From Promethearchaeota archaeon (GTDB lineage Archaea > Asgardarchaeota > Lokiarchaeia > Sigyniarchaeales > SOKP01), in the NCBI GenBank assembly GCA_016839765.1, contig JAEOTP010000015.1, forward strand, positions 98,282 through 162,281: a DNA stretch of 64,000 bases, in the 5' to 3' direction. Position 1 is the first letter of the stretch; every line of letters starts with the position of its first letter. The notes below the pieces were generated by a model. The model was given only the letters and a program-made list of their open reading frames with translations, did no database searches and was not told the DNA's origin. This document shows, piece by piece, positions 61,996-64,000 of this stretch. Position numbers and translations under genes: made by a program.

Positions 61996-63018
61996 TTACT
62001 TTCCTAATACCAAGTCCCATATATCTTTAAGTTTCTCTAATACTGGTTTTAAAATCCCATGTTCAGCAAATCTAATTACTAAAATTAAAATTATCGCAAA
62101 AATAAATACTGAGACATCAGGCCATTCGGCAAAAATTTCAGCAACAAACCAAAAGAAATAGGACCCTAATGCTGAACCCGAAATTGTTGCTATTCCTCCT
62201 AAAGATGCCATAACAATTGCATAAAATGAATAAAGAGGTTGAAATACTCCAGGATTTACTCCTCGATTATGCATAGCAAATAAACCACCAGCAATACCTG
62301 CAAAAAATGCACTTATCATAAAAGCGATTAATTTATATTTTGTTAAATTGATCCCTGAAGCTTCTGCTCCTATATCATCATCCCGGATGGATTTAAACAC
62401 TGTTCCCATTTTTGATTTACCAATCCATATTAAGATTAAAAAAGAAGTTATCATCAAAATTAAATGTATATAGTACGTCTCAACAGCATTCCTTGATATT
62501 TGTGGTATTTTTGAAATTCCTTCAGACCCCCCCAACCAAGGTTCAAACGCAACATTCAAGAATGTATAGAACATTATTAAACCGAGTACCATTGTAGCTA
62601 AGCCTAAATAAGGTCCTTTAAGCCTAAGGGCGGGAATTCCAATTAATAGCCCAAATGCTACTCCTACTAAAGACCCTATTAGGAGTGATGCCCACCAAGG
62701 AAAATTAAGATAACGAATGAAATATGATGTGATATAACCAGATATGCCAAAAAAAATTGCTTGCCCAAAACTTACTTGTCCTGTAAAACCCGCCAAAAAA
62801 TCCCAACTAGCGGCAAATATTGAAAAGATCATAGCAGTAATAAAAATTCCTAAATAATATCTATTTTGAATAAGTAAAGGTATGGCGAAAAGACCAATTA
62901 AACAAATAATTGTTAATCTTCCTCTAAAGGTTTTAGACCAATTGAAAAGGTATGATTTCGATCCTAATAATTTTTTTTTTACACGACCCTTACCTTTTGA
63001 CCAACTTTTTACTGACAT
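61996..63018 (-). CDS. livM: Liv-type ABC transporter permease
   Basis: GQVSFGQA, LRLKGPYLGLAT, SIRDDDIGAEASGI. Confidence 0.92.
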   Translation of the reverse strand: MSVKSWSKGKGRVKKKLLGSKSYLFNWSKTFRGRLTIICLIGLFAIPLLIQNRYYLGIFITAMIFSIFAASWDFLAGFTGQVSFGQAIFFGISGYITSYFIRYLNFPWWASLLIGSLVGVAFGLLIGIPALRLKGPYLGLATMVLGLIMFYTFLNVAFEPWLGGSEGISKIPQISRNAVETYYIHLILMITSFLILIWIGKSKMGTVFKSIRDDDIGAEASGINLTKYKLIAFMISAFFAGIAGGLFAMHNRGVNPGVFQPLYSFYAIVMASLGGIATISGSALGSYFFWFVAEIFAEWPDVSVFIFAIILILVIRFAEHGILKPVLEKLKDIWDLVLGK

Positions 63019-63046
63019 TTTTTAAAATTTCTCCTTTTCTAATGAT

Positions 63047-63904
63047 TTAATATACTTCTTTTTTTCCAAAAAGTCCTCTAGGTCTAATTATAAGTACTAA
63101 TATAATTACTATTATTGGTACTAAAGCAGAAAAAGCGGGATCGATGAAGTAATTCACAAAACTACGAGTATATCCAAGGATGAAAGCACCAACTACACTC
63201 CCTTTTAAACTTCCTAATCCACCAAAAATTACTATAGCAAATGAATTTGATAAAACATCCCATCCCATATGGGGTGCTATAGAAGAAGCAGGTACGTATA
63301 AAACAGCAGCTATACCCGCTAGAACTGCTGAAATCATAACAGTATACATAAGAGTTCTATCTGCATTTATACCCATTAACATTGCAGCTTCTCTATCTTG
63401 AGAAATTGCCCTAATAGATTTTCCTATTTTTGACTTACTTATAAATAATCCTGTTATAACTATAACAATAAATGAACCAATTAAAATAACGAAAAATTGT
63501 GATGGAAATGGTACCCCCAATATTGTAATTTTACCTCCTACAAAACTCGGAATCGTATGTGGTATAGCATCTCCAAAAACCTTTATAAATTGTTCAAAAA
63601 AGAATCCCAATGAAAATGTGATAATAAGAATTGCCACGTGATTTTCCTGTAACGGTTTTATTAGCAAAAGATAAGAAACTCCTCCGAGAATTATAATTAT
63701 GATTAATGCCAGAATCACTGCCCATATTATTCCTATTGTCTTAAATGTCCAAAATATAATATATCCCGTTAGTAAATAAAATAATCCATGAGACAAATTT
63801 AAGATTCCCCCAACTCCATATACTAACGAGAATCCCAAAGCAAGTAAAGCATAAACAGAAGCTTCAATTGTTCCGAAAATTAATACTTCAGCAATAGGTA
63901 CCAT
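63047..63904 (-). CDS. livH: Liv-type ABC transporter permease
   Basis: YALLALGFSLVYG, GKSIRAISQDREAA, GGLGSL, RPRGLFG. Confidence 0.93.
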   Translation of the reverse strand: MVPIAEVLIFGTIEASVYALLALGFSLVYGVGGILNLSHGLFYLLTGYIIFWTFKTIGIIWAVILALIIIIILGGVSYLLLIKPLQENHVAILIITFSLGFFFEQFIKVFGDAIPHTIPSFVGGKITILGVPFPSQFFVILIGSFIVIVITGLFISKSKIGKSIRAISQDREAAMLMGINADRTLMYTVMISAVLAGIAAVLYVPASSIAPHMGWDVLSNSFAIVIFGGLGSLKGSVVGAFILGYTRSFVNYFIDPAFSALVPIIVIILVLIIRPRGLFGKKEVY

Positions 63905-64000
63905 TTTTTATCCTCAATTTATTCCTTAAATTATTTATAAATTTAATTTTACTTTAAAGTTTATAAAGCTTTTCTTTAAGTTCCTCATTTCATTTAGTAA

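Noticed and set aside
1-64000. tRNA/rRNA genes, CRISPR arrays, transposases, selenoprotein read-through
   Set aside because: No cloverleaf or GC-rich RNA blocks, regularly spaced repeats, transposase motifs or in-frame TGA at Cys positions were seen by eye.

Overview
This AT-rich window is most likely from an Asgard archaeon (Lokiarchaeia-like). The evidence is a eukaryote-like actin, a profilin-like domain, archaeal TFB and RFC genes, BRE/TATA promoters and many bacterial-type metabolic genes. Contents in order: a CdrS-like RHH regulator; a GNAT plus three-subunit RFC clamp-loader cluster; pepT and transporters; a putative lipid/aromatic redox cluster (CrtC-like, SCP2, two FAD oxidases, HdrD/GlcF-like, divergent FixC/FixX); fba; a grpE-dnaK-dnaJ-clpB(-tfb) heat-shock cluster with a candidate operator; pyk, aor and ilvC; an accessory region with micro-proteins, structured intergenic hairpins and gene remnants; a PadR-led putative toxin-resistance operon (two BtrH-like peptidases, class II UvrA); an actin locus; and a Liv-type ABC transporter with a membrane-anchored HEAT protein and an acyl-CoA ligase. 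The top finding is the actin gene. It has an operator-like inverted repeat at its promoter and a long structured leader, and is followed by a gene fusing a profilin-like domain to a TrmB-type winged HTH. This is a candidate actin-sensing transcription factor, conceptually analogous to eukaryotic MRTF-SRF. No rRNA, tRNA, CRISPR array or transposase was seen. All family assignments are from motif recognition, not database searches.
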